In this document: positions 38,855 to 54,118 of the stretch, piece after piece
How the letters are laid out: each line of letters begins with the position of its first letter
How positions within the stretch are numbered: position 1 is the first letter of the stretch
The notes under the pieces: model-generated
Database searches by the model: none
What the model was told of the DNA's origin: nothing
The model's input: the letters and a program-made list of their open reading frames with translations, nothing else
Assembly: GCA_910592345.1 (NCBI GenBank)
Contig: CAJVPI010000026.1
Location: 1-64,000 of the forward strand
Direction: 5' to 3'
Origin: Paraglomus brasilianum
Taxonomy: Eukaryota
DNA: 64,000 nt
Position numbers and translations under genes: made by a program

Positions 38855-38945
38855 TGTATGGTGTGTATGGTGTGTATGGTGTGTATGGTATTAGTATTAG
38901 TATTAGTATTAGTATGGCGTATATGTATTGGTATGGTATGATGAG
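38855..38945 (+). repeat. Compound microsatellite (GTATGGTGT)n/(TATTAG)n
   Basis: Direct reading. Confidence 0.85.
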
Positions 38946-40659
38946 TAGATGGTGATGTATAATAATAAGCGTTGCTGATTGGATAATATAGAGTAGATCA
39001 GATGATAAGCGAGTAATTTGTGATTACAACCTTATTATTATCATTACCGTTTTGGGAATTCAAAAAACACTGCGGAAAATCACCTCTAAGAAATTTACTT
39101 GAAAATTCCGAAAACCAATAATCAAGGCTTTCCCACCCCCTTTGAAAACTGGGTCTAAACACAAACAATATTCAGTAGCACCAAGAAGGACTTTATTTCT
39201 TCGTATTCATCAAGAAGAGTACGTATTAAAAATATTGGCTCAAGAATCGAGAGCAACTTGGTACCACTTGTACTGCAAAGTATGCGGAAGATCTCGATAT
39301 CTTGCAAATCAATGGACTTTTGAATGTGGATTACTGAATATAGAAGTATATATTTACGTTGGGGAATGTCTTCTTATCAGACACAAAAAGTCCCCACCAT
39401 AAAAGATGACATGAAACACTTTGGAACTGTAACCAATATCATTATTCCTTTTATTACCTCGAATGACGATAGAATACAGAATAAAGAACCAATAAAGAAA
39501 ATCAGAATACACAAAGGCTATTATTAACCCGAGTTACACTAAGTAAAATACATGTTATTAATGGATTGAGTTAATAATTAAGTACTGTTTATATTTATTA
39601 ATAAAATGGGTGAACTTAATAAAGAGGTTATATTTTAAGTTGCGCCAGATTGTGACTAGGTTCATATTTGGTTATGACTTTAACACCAACTGCACATGTT
39701 TGTCAAAATAATAAGCACATTAAGTAGAACGATGCAAGCAAGTGCACTTATTGATTGATCCCTACTTTAATGACTCATAATGTACGAAAATAGCTACGCA
39801 TGAATACAGCGACAATTAGTTCATAAATGATTGGCCAAGTTGAGCGAGTTGTTGATCGAAATATTTGTATTGGTCAGCGAATGCCCCATTTAATGTGCAT
39901 GAATATCATACATGACGTGAATGACATAATTTCACATTTATCACAGTTTCTATCTTTGCACTGGGACGCTTTACTCTTCTCGTATTCTCTCTTAAACTCT
40001 TTTTTCTATTATTAACTTACTGATATCAAGTACATATACCCTGCATGAGGCTTAGTTTCGTGCTCACGGAACAAGTCGTAATGATAGTCAACCTTGTGAA
40101 TGTTGTACAATGCGTCAAGGAGACAGTGGTTAGTAGAGATAGCGAGACGAGAAACGTACGAGAGAGGTGAGGCGGGAGGGCAGTAGTCGTGCACAAGTTG
40201 CAATAGACTTGCATTTGGGGCAATTATTGATACAAACTTACTTGAAAGGTAAAATGCATAATCGTAAATCTCTGCATTCAATGAATGCATAACATTATCT
40301 TGTACTTGCATATGGACGAGTAGTTCTATTTGTCGAACGTTCAATGGATGATCGTCTTATGAAGTGAAAGAGCGTGGTTGACAGCGAATAGATGAAGATA
40401 CCAAGATAAACCCGGATAGAGGGCATTATAAACAGGAAAAGACAAGAAACGGGATAGACTCGGTGAAATGGCTGGTAATAAATAAAGTTAAATGGGTTGT
40501 CAGTGTGAAAAAAAAAAATTAATAGATTATCAACTTGTTATCATTACTTAATCAAGTAGGTATGTGTTATCCCACAGATGTTATCATTTGATATCAGTAG
40601 TCGGATGGGTTGGTGTTCTCGCTTGGATAAAGGTAGCTTGTAACAACAATACGAATGTA

Positions 40660-40935
40660 ATAACTATGACAACAATGTAATAATAACCACTATTATAACC
40701 ACTATACAACTATAACCACTACTATAACCACTATACAACTATAACCACTACTGTAACCACTACTATAACCACTACTATAACCACTATACAACTATAACTC
40801 TAACTCTAACTCTAACCATGACAATAATAATAATAATAATAATATAGCCACAACCACTCTTAACCATAACCACTCTTAACCATAACTATTAACCATAACC
40901 ATAACCATAACCATAACCATAACAATAACAACAAT
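40660..40935 (+). repeat. Compound low-complexity tract (ACTATAACC / TAACCA / TAACTC / AAT units)
   Basis: Direct reading. Confidence 0.9.
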
Positions 40936-42894
40936 ATCAAGAATTATTATTGTCAATATTATTACGAACACTTACGACCACATGTTTACTTACCACACAT
41001 AACCTAATTCATTTATGCTAATCGTATTGGACCCTGCTTGACTACTTACTACCTGTCTCATAACCTAATCGAGCTACATCGTTGTTTTGCGTACCCTTTC
41101 TTCTATGGCTTATATCATCATTGGGGGTTATTATTGGGGAGGGGACTTGCTTATTCGTTTCACTAGAGTATACGGAAATTGACATTTCAATGAGATTGGT
41201 ATTATTCTGGTTGAAAGTCTGGATGCAGCAGCCTGGCAGCAAGTAACTCGGTGTATTTGTTTGCATTGTAGAAGAGGTATATAAGATGAATGTACTAATT
41301 TAGATCGATTAAAATGGAAACCTACGCTTCATATGCAGATACGCACAATGCATTCACAGTGCATACTCTGAGACACACTCTGCGCATCCATCCCAAACAA
41401 AACCTCCGCTATTGTCGGGCCCAATACTGATTTCCACTCTTGACTCTCACAAACATCGTGACACCGAACAGCTTAGAATAGTGATGATACATAATGGTAG
41501 ACACTAAAAAAGACGCAATGTTGTATCGATAGAGTGTGAGTGTTTGAGATGTGTTTAATAGGAAAGGAATGAATGGATGACGGCGTCGGAATTGTTTCTC
41601 CCCCACCCCTTTCTTTTCATACCGAATGTATGTATATCATGCTTCTTATTTTAGGTCCTCCATGACCCATTTCATTATTAATGGGAAGAGTAGAATAGAG
41701 CCATCCAATCAACGGGGACACATTCATCTTCAATATGGTATTATTAATGGTACTCCTAATATTAACATCAAACGTTAAGGATATTACTAATACATCGTCT
41801 TATTATTTCGTCGTTAATCCTCCATAAGGGGTGGTGTCATTATGACATAGTTATGGCCATAAACTTTCCCCGGATGAAGTCACGAAAGGGGTGAAGAAGG
41901 AAAAAGAACGTTCGTGAATGTATTAGAGCGAGTCTCGAATACGGCGAGTAACGGAACAAAGGGTTAAGGAATATTAATTGGTGTTGTATATCGATTGTCA
42001 CGACTCGAATGGAATAGCCCAAATGCATATATTTTAACACATTTCGTAGCATATACTCGACTATGAAATCACCATAGTGTTGTGTCACATTACATCTTAA
42101 CCTTATTGTATCCTCATTCAATGGGATTTTTTATTTACAGTATAGTAATTAACACCCTGTATTTGACCCTTGTCGATTATTTACATTGTTCAGAACAGCC
42201 AAAAAAATATTAATAAATGATTGTGCCGATATTGTGTCGATATTGTGTCGATAACAATTTATACGACGAGTATATGGTTTTGATATACGCAGCTTAATGG
42301 GCCATTCTACCATATCGAGCGGTTGTGTCACATCCTCATCTTTTGTGCGGCCTTCTATAAGGATTCTCATGATTCTATGGTTTTATATTATGTTACGTTT
42401 GAAATTAGATTACATTCATTACATTATTATTATATTGATTCAAATTTAATGAACAATTTACAATAACACTTGCAGATTGTATACTTTTTGGGTGAGTTAC
42501 CGCGGAATGAGGCGGGAGGGTATTTCCTGCAATACCCTAATTTCGTTCGATAAATAATAGGCCTTGCCCACAAAAAACTTGTCTGTCATCGATCATCCTG
42601 TCGCCTGTGTAGTGCTTGCTCTCAGCTGGTTGTTTGTCTCTAATTCACAGAAAGTGTGCGAGCCTTCACTTCTGTTTCACACGACTTTTATAACGACTGC
42701 ACTGTACTACAACCAATATTCTTTTATTTATTTCGAAAGAAAAAATTTATTCTCGCGCGTCGACTATTTGTTCAACTGCAAATACTCGCTCTAACGACTG
42801 CATTTATACTCTCGCGTACTCGCTTGTACGCCAGTAACGACAAAGTAATCAACTACTACCCTTTGGTTTCCTATCACAACGATCAATAAAAAAA

Positions 42895-45102
42895 ATGCCT
42901 TATGACAACAAGTAAGGCTTTTGATATATTTGACGTTCAATATAGTCTTGACCAATAGTCGTAGCAAAAACCTCCCACATTTCTAACGTTAATTTCAACT
43001 ATACTTTCTCTGTAATTAGCAGCATGATTTTGCCTCTGGCTTCTTCACATATGCATTCCAATAATTATGGGAGCCTGCATTCACACTTTGGCCCTGGCGC
43101 TTATCAACAGCACCCGTAAGTATGAACTGTCAAGAGCAATTGAAAAATTATTGGTATCTTTGGTGCTGAGCGCCTTATACTCGTAACCTAATCCTACCAT
43201 CAACCATTTATGTCGAAAAGCAGACCCCACCCTCCTCATCAATCTCTCTACAAACACGACATTCATGACCCGCATCCGAACCATTCAATAATAAATCACA
43301 ACCAAATATTGTCTAATTCCCTACCGACCGTCAATTCTCAACCTTCACTCAGTCCTATACCTTCCCTCAGTCCAATAACTTCCCTCAATGGCGGAAATAG
43401 CAACAGCGATTATCATATGTCGCATCATATCCCCCAACACCATTCAACGTATCATCATTCGCCTCCATTAGATCATGCTCAGCCACCGCAGGAAGTTTCA
43501 TCTAATTACCAGAATAATCCTCAGCCTGTTACCATTCCATCTCCACCGGCGAGTATCAATCAACCTAGCTCGTAAGTAAAAAAATGGTTGAGATTGAGAA
43601 AGCAAGAAGAAATACGTTTCCATCACCAGAGAGTGCCCGAATATTACCTGACGCTCACTCTGTTAATAGGAATCTACGATTCGAAGTTATTCTAGAAGCA
43701 CCTACAGCAGCGGCCCAGCGCGTTGACGAAACACCGATAACTTATCTCAACAAAGGTACATTTCCAACTTTGCTGTTGCTTTCAACTTTCCCTCCCGATT
43801 GCATGCTGACTTGAGGAATCTTATCTTGCATCAGGTCAATACTATGGTATCTTGTTGCAAGATCAGGAAAAGACTGATGCCGAGTTTACGACAATTATCA
43901 GAATAACGTTCCACGATGAAGCTCATCGCAAGGTAGCGTCATCATATTGGTCCTTTTGGCTGAGCCAGCAAGCTTCCACCAAAACTGCTCGGGCTATGGA
44001 TATTGGTATGTACATGCAGATTTACCATCTATTTATTTGATTGTCTTGCTGCATTTTCCAACAACACTAAATAATTCCTACAATCCTGCGATTTGCTGTT
44101 TAATAGACAAGGCTGCATCTGCGGGCATAAAAAATGTCGAGACAAAGTCCTTTGATCGTGTACAATTCCAGTGGAACGGTAAAAAAAGCCCAAAGATACT
44201 GATGAAATTCAACTGCCTGTCGACAGACTTTTCGCGTATAAAGGGTGTCAAAGGCATTCCGCTTAGAGTGCATATTGAAACCAAGAGCGAAAGCGAACAA
44301 TCGCTTGAGAAATCGTTTGCCAAGATTAAGCTCTTTAGGGACAAGGGAGCGGAACGTAAGAATAAGGATGACCAGAAACACCTGGACAAAATGTGTGATA
44401 AAATGAGAGGTACTTTATGGAACGCTTGATACTCGTTGATCTTGTGTTTTCTTGCATAATTTTAAATTCTTACCGTTCGTTCTTTCAAAGGCAAAACACA
44501 AGAAGCGACACCAATGATAATGATGTATGCACAACCTAACAATGTGACAGTGTTTCATGAAATTACGAGCAATTCAGAAGCAGCGGATGATGGCGATTTG
44601 CTAAATCTAGCAGAGCATATTAACAGCTTGGAATCTGACGTTGATGGCGGAGAATTGGTGACCTTACATTTGGGCAAGCGACGACGGATCTCGGTTGGAA
44701 CAGACAATTTCATGGAAGCTTTAGATTGTGATCCAACATACATTCCTGTACGGAAGAAACGTGCTGGTAAGTTTGCGCGAAGTGCTGTTGTAATTGATTA
44801 ATTGTTGCACACTTTAACAAATAATCTTTTATCTAGTCCTTTGCATCTATGCCAAGTTTCCCAATGAAACAGTCTACCGTGCAATCTATCTCAATCAATT
44901 GACGGCTTCCGACCTCATTGCCAAAGTTGTCGACAAGCTCGATTTACAAGGTCAAACCATTACAAGCGTTCATCGTCACACTAAACGTGGGATTACTGTG
45001 CGAGTTGACGATGAATTGATTCATCAGATCGATGATGAACAAGACATGGAAATTGACTATACTGTCGAGCAGGATGGTGTGCTGTTATCGCTGAAATTTT
45101 AA
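42895..45102 (+). CDS. CP2/Grainyhead-family transcription factor (multi-exon; start exon tentative)
   Basis: FEVILEAPTA...ETPITYLNKGQYY; FNCLSTDFSRIKGVKGIPLR; IKLFRDKGAERKNKDD; C-terminal YRAIYL...KRGITVRVDDE. Confidence 0.92.
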
Positions 45103-46830
45103 GGATCCATAATATGATTACGAAAGATGGCATAAGATTACTGGAAAGTGTGGTGATAAACATATTGACAAGATTCACAAGTTTGTTTCTCTTTTTCTTT
45201 TATTACGATGTTTTGTATTTAGTCTGGGTGGTTTCTTTCCTTTTGTTATCTTTCTACTTGTAGTTTTACAAAATTTTATCGGTGTATTATTTTATATATT
45301 ACCATTCTTGTTCCTTTTCCTTTTTCTTTTCCCTCAAAAGTATATATAACAATAGCAGGGACGTGTTTTCATTTACAGCAATTAGGTTTTTATATATATA
45401 GTAATTTTGTATAAAGATTTTTTCATTTACCATTTGTTTTATACGTCTCAATTTTCTTCTTTTCATCCTTTTTTTTTTCCCTTTGACGTGTTTTACTTTT
45501 ACTATCATTTGGCTTCTAGCATTTTTGTTTGTTCACCTGTCTGAATTTGTAAAACAAACCATCCATCTTATTGTTCAATTCTTGCCTCCCTCTTTGTAGC
45601 AAGTACTCGCATACGTTGGGTTGAATATTAGGAATTGTCTCTATGGTTATATTGTAAACCTTTCTGTATCTATTATAGTGTATTTATGTATATTTAGCTA
45701 CCAGGATTCCTTACAATTAGAATTTTTTGGGGAGTGTTATTGAATTAAAATTAGGATTTACTAGTTACAGGGAATCTATATAAATATGGGGTTATTATAA
45801 ATTTAAAACAAATTGTAGTTATATTATTCCATTAAAAAATTCAAATCTTTGAGCATTTGTATATCTAGACAATTGCAACTTCGCCATTGGATTACGGTTA
45901 GCTGAGATTGAGACATTCGTAATTAATACGTCCAATTAGCCCAAGGTGTTTCCATCCTTGAAAATCTTGATAGTTTATGAAGAGTTCATTGCTACAATGA
46001 TCCTTATTTACTGTTTGCGCTGTGAGTGGTAGGCTAGGGGTCCAGCGCCAAGTCTTGGTGTGCGACGTGAAAGCTGATGGGCGCAATGCAAGCCTGCGAC
46101 TCGAGGGCTGAGAGTTTGAGTAAGCAAATGATGCGTTCGCATAGGATATGCAGTGAACATTTGATCACATGGCTAATGTAGCAGAGAAACTATTAATACT
46201 AATTGACTAACATTCAATCGATAAGATGATTCATACGTTTTATCAGCGATCAGATTAGAAAAACTGAACTTTAAACAAGAATCGCGTTTCGAATTGGGAT
46301 CGTGAATTTACGCGTGTGCAGCATGTAAAGCATGAAATTTAATATTCTAATAAATCATCCATACTTACCACTAACAAGTTTACTTTTAGACTGTCGATGA
46401 GCGTTAATATATTCACACAATGGCATAGTAACAGAAACGAGTCTTTTATTGTATATGTCAATAATATATGATAAAGTAGCTATGCTTGCTCTATCATCGG
46501 CGTCAGTTTTTTACTCGTTAGCTTCAAATGGGTATTTACATTGACCAAAATTTTGAAGACGTAATTCTAGTCGCTTAAGCTAAGTCACCTGACACACAGC
46601 GCTAAAATGAGAAACCAAAATTTCTTGATTCAAATCGGGCTTTTTTATGGCCCGTGACCAATTATAGTATTTCTCAAAATAAAAACTGCCGTGGGCTCTC
46701 AAAAAACAGCGTTGCTTCACTGAGACTGAAAGGACCACGATGAATTTTACAATTTCCGCACTTTCTCAAGAATTTTGGTAGTCGGGCGCAAAATGTACAT
46801 TGTATTAGAGCAATGTTAAGACATGTATAC

Positions 46831-49523
46831 TTAATAAGGGTTATTCACGATTTTGTTCCTAGAAATAATCGTAAGAGCAGAATGTTAATTCTATAGATAT
46901 CACTGGTGAAATAACGTACTTCACGGATGTGTGTGATGCTGACCTATACTGATCGATATTGTCTACAGTCAAGATAATAAGCTCTCGCTTTGTCAGAGGT
47001 CTTTTAGTCAACGGACAAATATTCTTCGTCGGCTCGGACGAAAGGCATCGAACCCAGCTGTCGTAACTGTACACATTTCAGTTCGAAATAAGCCGGTCAA
47101 CCAACCAAATCCTGCATAGCATAATATCAAACTAATCACTGTAGCAAACCTCATCACATGTCCGTAAGGCGACATTGCTGGCTTGACCACTTCATCCAAA
47201 GTGATCGGATCTGTAAATCCTGGCAAAGGATTCTCGTTCCTTTGCTGCATATACGGATCCATTTCCTCTCCACTCTCCTCTTTACTAGAAGATGCTCTTG
47301 TCTTGGTCCTCTTAGAAGTGTTCCACGACTTCAAAGTGTAACTACCCGAATCATCACAATCAAAGTCTTCATCCTCATCATCGTCACTAGTCAGCCGAGT
47401 TCTTCTACGCTTTCGCCGAACAAGCACTGACCTCGAACCCGAACTAGAGCTCGACAACCCACCACTTGCGCGTGCATTCCTACTTCCATGTTTCACATGA
47501 GTTCGAAAAGTTTTCTCTGTCACACCAGTTTGTTTGTTTTTGGTGCTAAACAGATAGTGAGCTTTGCCTTTTGGATCAAGCACGTAATTAGGATCGGTGA
47601 TACGTCCGGTTTCGATAAGTAGACGGTAGAAATTTGAGCACTAGAAAAGTATCGACATGAGATACAAGTTGGATAAACTAACAGTGAGATATTAGAACGA
47701 GATTTACTTGGTATCCGACGCGTCCTGGTATGGCCATCGAGAAGAGACCCCATTGCCCATCTGCTCCCACTTCTTCAAGTCTCTGAAAAAAGAGCTTCTC
47801 TTCCTCCTGCATTGGTAATGAGAATTGTATTTAACGTTCGCGCAAAATGAGCCAAATCATATGCTTGTTGATCTGTAGGAAATTACCTCTGTCCATGGCC
47901 CTTTCTTTTGCTCTTCCCCTGGTGCATTGAATCGATAATAGTAAGTATTTGGTTTCGTTTCAATTGCTTTGTATGCTTTAATGCGAGCTTCGGACCATCC
48001 CTCAAAAGCCTTTTCCAGATCTTTGTTATTATCCTGCACTTGTTTCAGAGCTTCGTCGAGTGTGAGACGGCCTTTCATGCGGTGATATTGGCTTAAACGT
48101 AATGTCAGATCAAGATTTCCACGAGTTATGGAGATACAATATCTAAACATACTTTTTACTTGATAAACCAGAAGTCTTTCTAAGAGTTTCTTTACGCTTC
48201 TTTAACAGCTGTTCGTACGCTTCCTTTTGTTCTTCACTCATTTGTTTGGCTGATCACATGGATACAAGCATTTGCTCTGATTATTCGAATCGCGTTATCA
48301 CTCACCCAACCACACCCTCCTCCCACACATCTCTTGTGTCTTTGGCGATTTGCTTACAAGACATCTTTCCTTGCTTTTCCGATAGTTTCTTTCGGAGCTG
48401 ATGTAAATATCCATTTTGTGTCATTCGAACGATGACTTCTTCCTGTAAATGATATGAATTGATTCATCTATATGACGGATACGATACTCAACGCGTAAAT
48501 CATTGCAAGCAAACCTCGTCGTTCTCACAATCCGACAGTGCAGCTTTAATTTCATCGTCAATTAAAAACTCGAATATATCGCGAATTTTTTTGGCTTTGC
48601 GTTCATACTCGCGTTTTTCAAATTCCGCATACTATAAACTATTATTATCAGTTATACACTCTACTACAAGATTTACTGCGTATATCTTTGATAATCATAC
48701 ACACGTGACGCTGTTGAAGAGCAACCCGTTTATCAATGATATCTTGCTCGGACTCTGTAACCTCAGAACTGAACAGGTTCTCTTTCCGAACTGTTGCAAT
48801 GCTTTCACTACATTGAATTGAAAGATGTCTATTATACTGATGGAAAACATGAAAGATTCTTCATTAGAGTCCTCTTATACCTTTCCAGCAGAATTTTCGG
48901 GTTTATACTCTGTGTTTCTTCCTCTTCGGCCTTTAGTTGTTTAGCTTCGAAATTGGCCCTGAGAGTTTTCTGTTAACGAACAAACATAGTACTCGGTGCG
49001 ACTAGTCAATAATTGCTGCAACATTAATGTGAAGGTCACTACAAACCGCTATATTAGTAACTGTTACGCATTGTGGAGGGTTTATTGTCTTCCAGTCAAC
49101 CCTTTTGGTAGTTACAACGGAATTGACTTCGTCTCCTATGCCAGAGGGGCTGGTGTTAAAATAATAACAACTCAAAATTCTAATAATCGATTAACTTTGT
49201 TTTCTATCTCATGTAAGCATGCTTGCCTTCGCGGAAAAATGCTTTGTTTTTTTTTTCTTCTTTTACTTTCGAGTTTCTTGTCGACATGTTATAGCCTCGT
49301 GTCATTCGTCTGTACAGACCGTTATCGAAGCCGAGGCAAGGACTCTTTAATATCAAGGACGAGGACAGAGCTAAGAAGTGAGGAACTATAACATTGTTTA
49401 CAGGGTGGAAAGTTGTATTCGTTGGGATAACCCCCGTCGCGTTTTCTGAATAAGGTAAATTTCGCGGCGATCTTCAAACACGACGCGTGAGGGGCGGCCT
49501 CTGAATGTTCGTTTAGCTTCCAT
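46831..49523 (-). CDS. Protein with Myb/SANT-like domain and C-terminal U-box-like domain (multi-exon; start tentative)
   Basis: YYYRFNAPGEEQKKGPWTE...QWGLFSMAIPGRVGYQCSNFYR (Myb-like); FTDPITLDEVVKPAMSPYGHVM...ICPLTKRPL (U-box-like). Confidence 0.8.
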
Positions 49524-49601
49524 TAATATTAATATTAATATTGGATAAAACACGTTCTCTCCCTTGTAACTAAAAAGCGTCAACGATAGCCATTTCGAAT
49601 C

Positions 49602-52600
49602 ATGGGATCTCAATCTGATCTTGATTTTCCCGAGTTACCTGAAGAAAGTGAATTTGGACTCGAACTGGAAGCACGGGAAGTACCAGAACCAGGAATAGAT
49701 TCCTTCTTAGTGCACACACAAGGCTACACAGTGGTTAGTTATAACGAAGACGGCAAGTATGTATGGGAAAGATGCGTAATAACTTTGATTATTATTATTT
49801 CTAATATTTGATTTCTTCTTAGTTTCTTGCTTACAGCTGGAGCAGATGGAGCAATTCGATTCTTTCTTGTCTTGGCTAACGGAAACATAGATGATAGACC
49901 CATTAACATTCTTCATCATACTAAAGGCGTTCGCTGCATTGGAATAAGTGTGATTATCATTCCGATTCGTTTTACGTAACTTAATTTGATACATTGAATT
50001 ATGATATTTATGTTTATTCCATATATTTGTGATCATGTTTTAACATCAGAATGGAAAGCTTGTTACTGCATCGGAAGACAAGACCGTCGCACTGTTTAAT
50101 CTGACAACCAAGAAATTTGAATCATTACTATATCGTTGTACATTGCCTGCAAGATATGTTTCGTTTGATACGGATGGTTTACGAGTAGCCGTGGCTTCAG
50201 AGTAAATATGCAATGAAGTTTTTGTGGTTGACTTGTTAACATTCAATGCATATGTATTAACATTCTCTATTAGCGATTCGACCATCCAAATAGTTAACAC
50301 AGTAAACATTAGTGATGTGGTTGTAGTCAAAGGGCACACCAATTCTGTAAGATGTGTTGAGTTTGATCCAGCTGGAGAATTCTTGGTGAGTGACTACTAC
50401 CATTCCGATCGATATTGCCAGTGCCCAAATGTATACTGACCTGAAAAGTCACTGATGGTTATGTGAATGTAGGTCTCTTCTAGTTGTGACGGGACTATTC
50501 GAGTATGGGACATGCGATACGGTGAGCCTCGTTTTATTAAGCACTTTTTGGGCATAATTCCGCACACAGATCCAGGGTAAGTCTGTCTTATGAATAACTA
50601 CAGTGCGTGAATCAATCAAATGTTATGCTAAGCAGTTTTACTCTGGATATAGGGACCCACAGACATGTCAGATAGCGTGGCATCCGTCAGGAAAATGCTT
50701 TGCCGTTCCAGGAGATGATAAAGGTATGTTGAGGTCGATTTGCATAAATATTTGATCATGCTAATATTTGCTCTGTTTAGACGTCATAATTGTCAATAAG
50801 AATAGTTGGAAATACAACATAATGTTTAAAGATCAACATAAACAGGTATATTACTTAAGTACTCGCATTTTTGACTTGTACATGCTCACTGGGAATGTCG
50901 TTTTTCAGAATATATGCGTCCTTCAATGGTCACCGAATGGTCGATATTTGGCCACAGCGGGTTTGGATTGTTACATAATGGTCTGGAATTTAATAAAGAG
51001 AAAGTCTTCATGGAAGTAAGTGAACGCTTACCAGTTGGCAGAATATATATGAAATGTACTTATTCAATCCAATATTTTAGAATACGACATAAAGCGCATG
51101 TCACTAGTCTATCATGGCATCCGGATGGCAAGAAAATAGCATACGTAAGAACAATTCCATCATGCTTATTGCCATACCACGTTATCAGATATGCTACTAT
51201 CGCTTATCATCACTACAGGTGGATGTGCAAGGAACCTTATATTTCTGGGAGCCATTTGATTTTGACGATATTGAAGACGAAGGAAGTGTCGCAATGGAGG
51301 AAGATGATGTTGTACTGGACCGTATATTCAACATCAGCATTGATGATGCAGAGCGCGAAGACGAGGACAAAAATGGTAGCGGCTTTAATCATTACATATT
51401 TCGTTGTCGTACGTACTACTAATTGATACATATACAACAGCTCCACGTAGAAGCAATAGGCTCAAGTATGATTACAAAGATGATTACTTTGATCTAGACG
51501 ATTTTGTTGAGGATGACGATGGTGCAGGATATGTGCCTAAAAAGCCCGCCTATGCAATGGATAGGAAATCTAATGGTATGTCGTTCTTATTGTACTATCG
51601 ACCATATGGTGGGACGTGGCTTGTGGCTAAATTAAAAATATGTGCTATCTACAGTCGACATCAGTACACCCCAGAAACCATTTCAGCCAGGATCAACGCC
51701 GGAGAAGGAAAAATCACGCTATCTTGGTCAGATATATATAACAAATTTGTTAAATTATTACCGTAACATAGGCCTGATTACTTATTAAATCTGCTTTGAA
51801 TCTTCTTTTAGCATTCAACTTGATAGGATGTATTACAACACTCGATCAAGGAACACATTCGACAGTAAGTGTTGAATACTTGGACAAATCAATATGTCGA
51901 CCGTATCATTTCACTGACTTGTACAACTTTTCCATGGGTTGCTTGGGTATGTAATGACTAATCATTAACGTATTAAGTGCAAAGAGTTCAAGTCACATTA
52001 ATTACAAATGCTAATTCTTATATAGGTAGACACGGAGCAGCATTTGCGGCCGAGTCAAGTACTGGTAGTCCAAGTGTGATCTCGTTCCAACCAGAAACAC
52101 GGAATTCACGAGGCGAATGGACATTAGAGCTTCCATCAGGAGAATGCGTGATGGGTAATTATGACTGCATTTATATCACAACGGCCAATTATGAATGCAT
52201 TTATATCACAACGGCCTGGATTACTAAGCGAACATACTGTTACGACATTAGCTTTGGCCTTGAGTGGCAAAGGTCCGATTGCGGCTACATCGAAGAACTA
52301 TATACGATTTTTTTCAAGCGGAGGTGTTCAGACAAAAGTCTTTTCTCTACCATCTATCGTATGTATGACGGCCATTGATGAGTTTGCCATGTTTATTTAC
52401 CACATAGGCCCAGGACTGAAAGGTATAGTACGCATTCAACTATTTTATCTGTAGGTTTTGCTAACTTACATTAACATTTATGTTGCTAGGATCACAAAAC
52501 CTTGGCTATATATTGTATAATGTTGAATCGCATGATTTTATTCAAGACGGCCACTTGCCATTATCAACTGGAGCAATTTTGAATTGGGCGGGCTTTTCAC

Positions 52601-54118
52601 AGGACGGAGTAAGCAGCGTAATCTTATGTCCTATTGCTAGATCGATGGGAAAATAACTTATTACCTTGAAAACTTTTAATATTTTATTTGTCACCATTGA
52701 GTTACCGGCCATTTACGATTCAAAGGGAGTTCTAAGCATTCTTCATCGTCATCGTGAGCCTCGTCAAGCACGCTGGATGCCAATATTGGATACATCTACA
52801 ATACCAAAAGAAGAGGGAAAAACAGTAACGTATTGGCCAGTCGGAATACTTGACATGGAATTAATGTGTGTAAAATGCAAGGTATGTTAGACCGATTGCT
52901 TTACTTAGGTCAGAACATAGCGTCTTCCCGATTCTTACATTTAAAAACTGTCAACAATAGGATGGACAGGAGCATCCTTCGCTCCCAAGACCACCGATAG
53001 ATGAAATTAGCTTCCAGATACCATTGCTACAAATCGACAAACCTACCGGTCAATTTGAAGAGAAGTAAGTGGCTTACATCCTGTATAAACCACCTAACAT
53101 TGTTGACTTTATTTATATGATTTCATATCGCAGGTACATGCGCATGAATATTTTGATAGACTACGAACAGCAGGAAGCAGAGGCTAGAAATGAGCACCGA
53201 CGAAGACAGCTCGAGTTCCGTAAGAAGTACACCGAGATCGATAAAATTTTACTACAGCTTATTCAAGTATGTGTATACTTAAATAACATCCGAAAAAGTC
53301 ACCCAGATGTTCTAAGATACTGTCATTCTCAATTCTCCCAGATGGCATGCAAAGCGGAAAAGACAGAGCGCGCCTATGATTTAGCGACATTATTAAACTC
53401 GCCAGCAACTGTAGAGGCTGCTATAAAGATTGCTCAGCATAATAACTATGCGAAACTGGCTGAGAGAATAAATGCATTGAATAAGGTCATTATTTTAATT
53501 CAATACAACTTCGGCCATAGTAAAAGCATTGTATACATATTTTATTCTGCGTTGATTAAAACAGGCATATCGCGAAGAGGAAAGCAGACAACCTCCCATA
53601 AAAATCGCATTACAGCAGCGTATACCATTACAGCCGCAACTGCAACAACCAGAAGCGCAAGTAACGACTAATACGTCCCTCCCTGTACAGAATAGACCAC
53701 AAACGTCGCCTCAGCAAAAGTAAATGAGCATAATTTATTAAGATTCTTTATTCAAGGTATTACATTTATTAATCCAATTTCGCACAGATCAACAGAAGGT
53801 GATGTTGATATCATTATGGGGGATGAAGCAACAGCGACACGGCATAGCGATGCATCTGACAACACTCTAAAGCGACATGTTGAAGAGATGGATGTGAATG
53901 AGGAAAATAACCACACAGAGGAAGCACCAATATTCAAGAAAGCTAATTTAACGCAGAAGGCGGACCTTTCGCATAGAAGTAAGTGCATGATAAGACGCGT
54001 ATTTGGATAACACAATGAACTTATATCTATATTTCTCTTAGAAAATCCATTTCTGAAGAAGCCAAGTGGACAGAAAAAGACACCCGGACTGCTTAAGACA
54101 TTGGATGACAAATTGTAA
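49602..54118 (+). CDS. CTF4: Ctf4/Mcl1/WDHD1 replisome hub (WD40 + SepB domain)
   Basis: N-terminal WD40s (GHTNSVRCVEFDP, SSSCDGTIRVWD); acidic linker DLDDFVEDDDGAGY; PQKPFQPGSTP, RYLAFNLIG, PAIYDSKGVL; C-terminal helical region ACKAEKTERAYDLATLL. Confidence 0.9.
52157..52216 (+). repeat. 30-bp tandem duplication inside a CTF4 intron
   Basis: aattatgactgcatttatatcacaacggcc followed by aattatgaatgcatttatatcacaacggcc. Confidence 0.9.

Noticed and set aside
40660..40935. Interstitial telomere or CRISPR-like array
   Set aside because: Units are TAACCA/TAACTC/ACTATAACC rather than TAACCC, and there are no unique spacers
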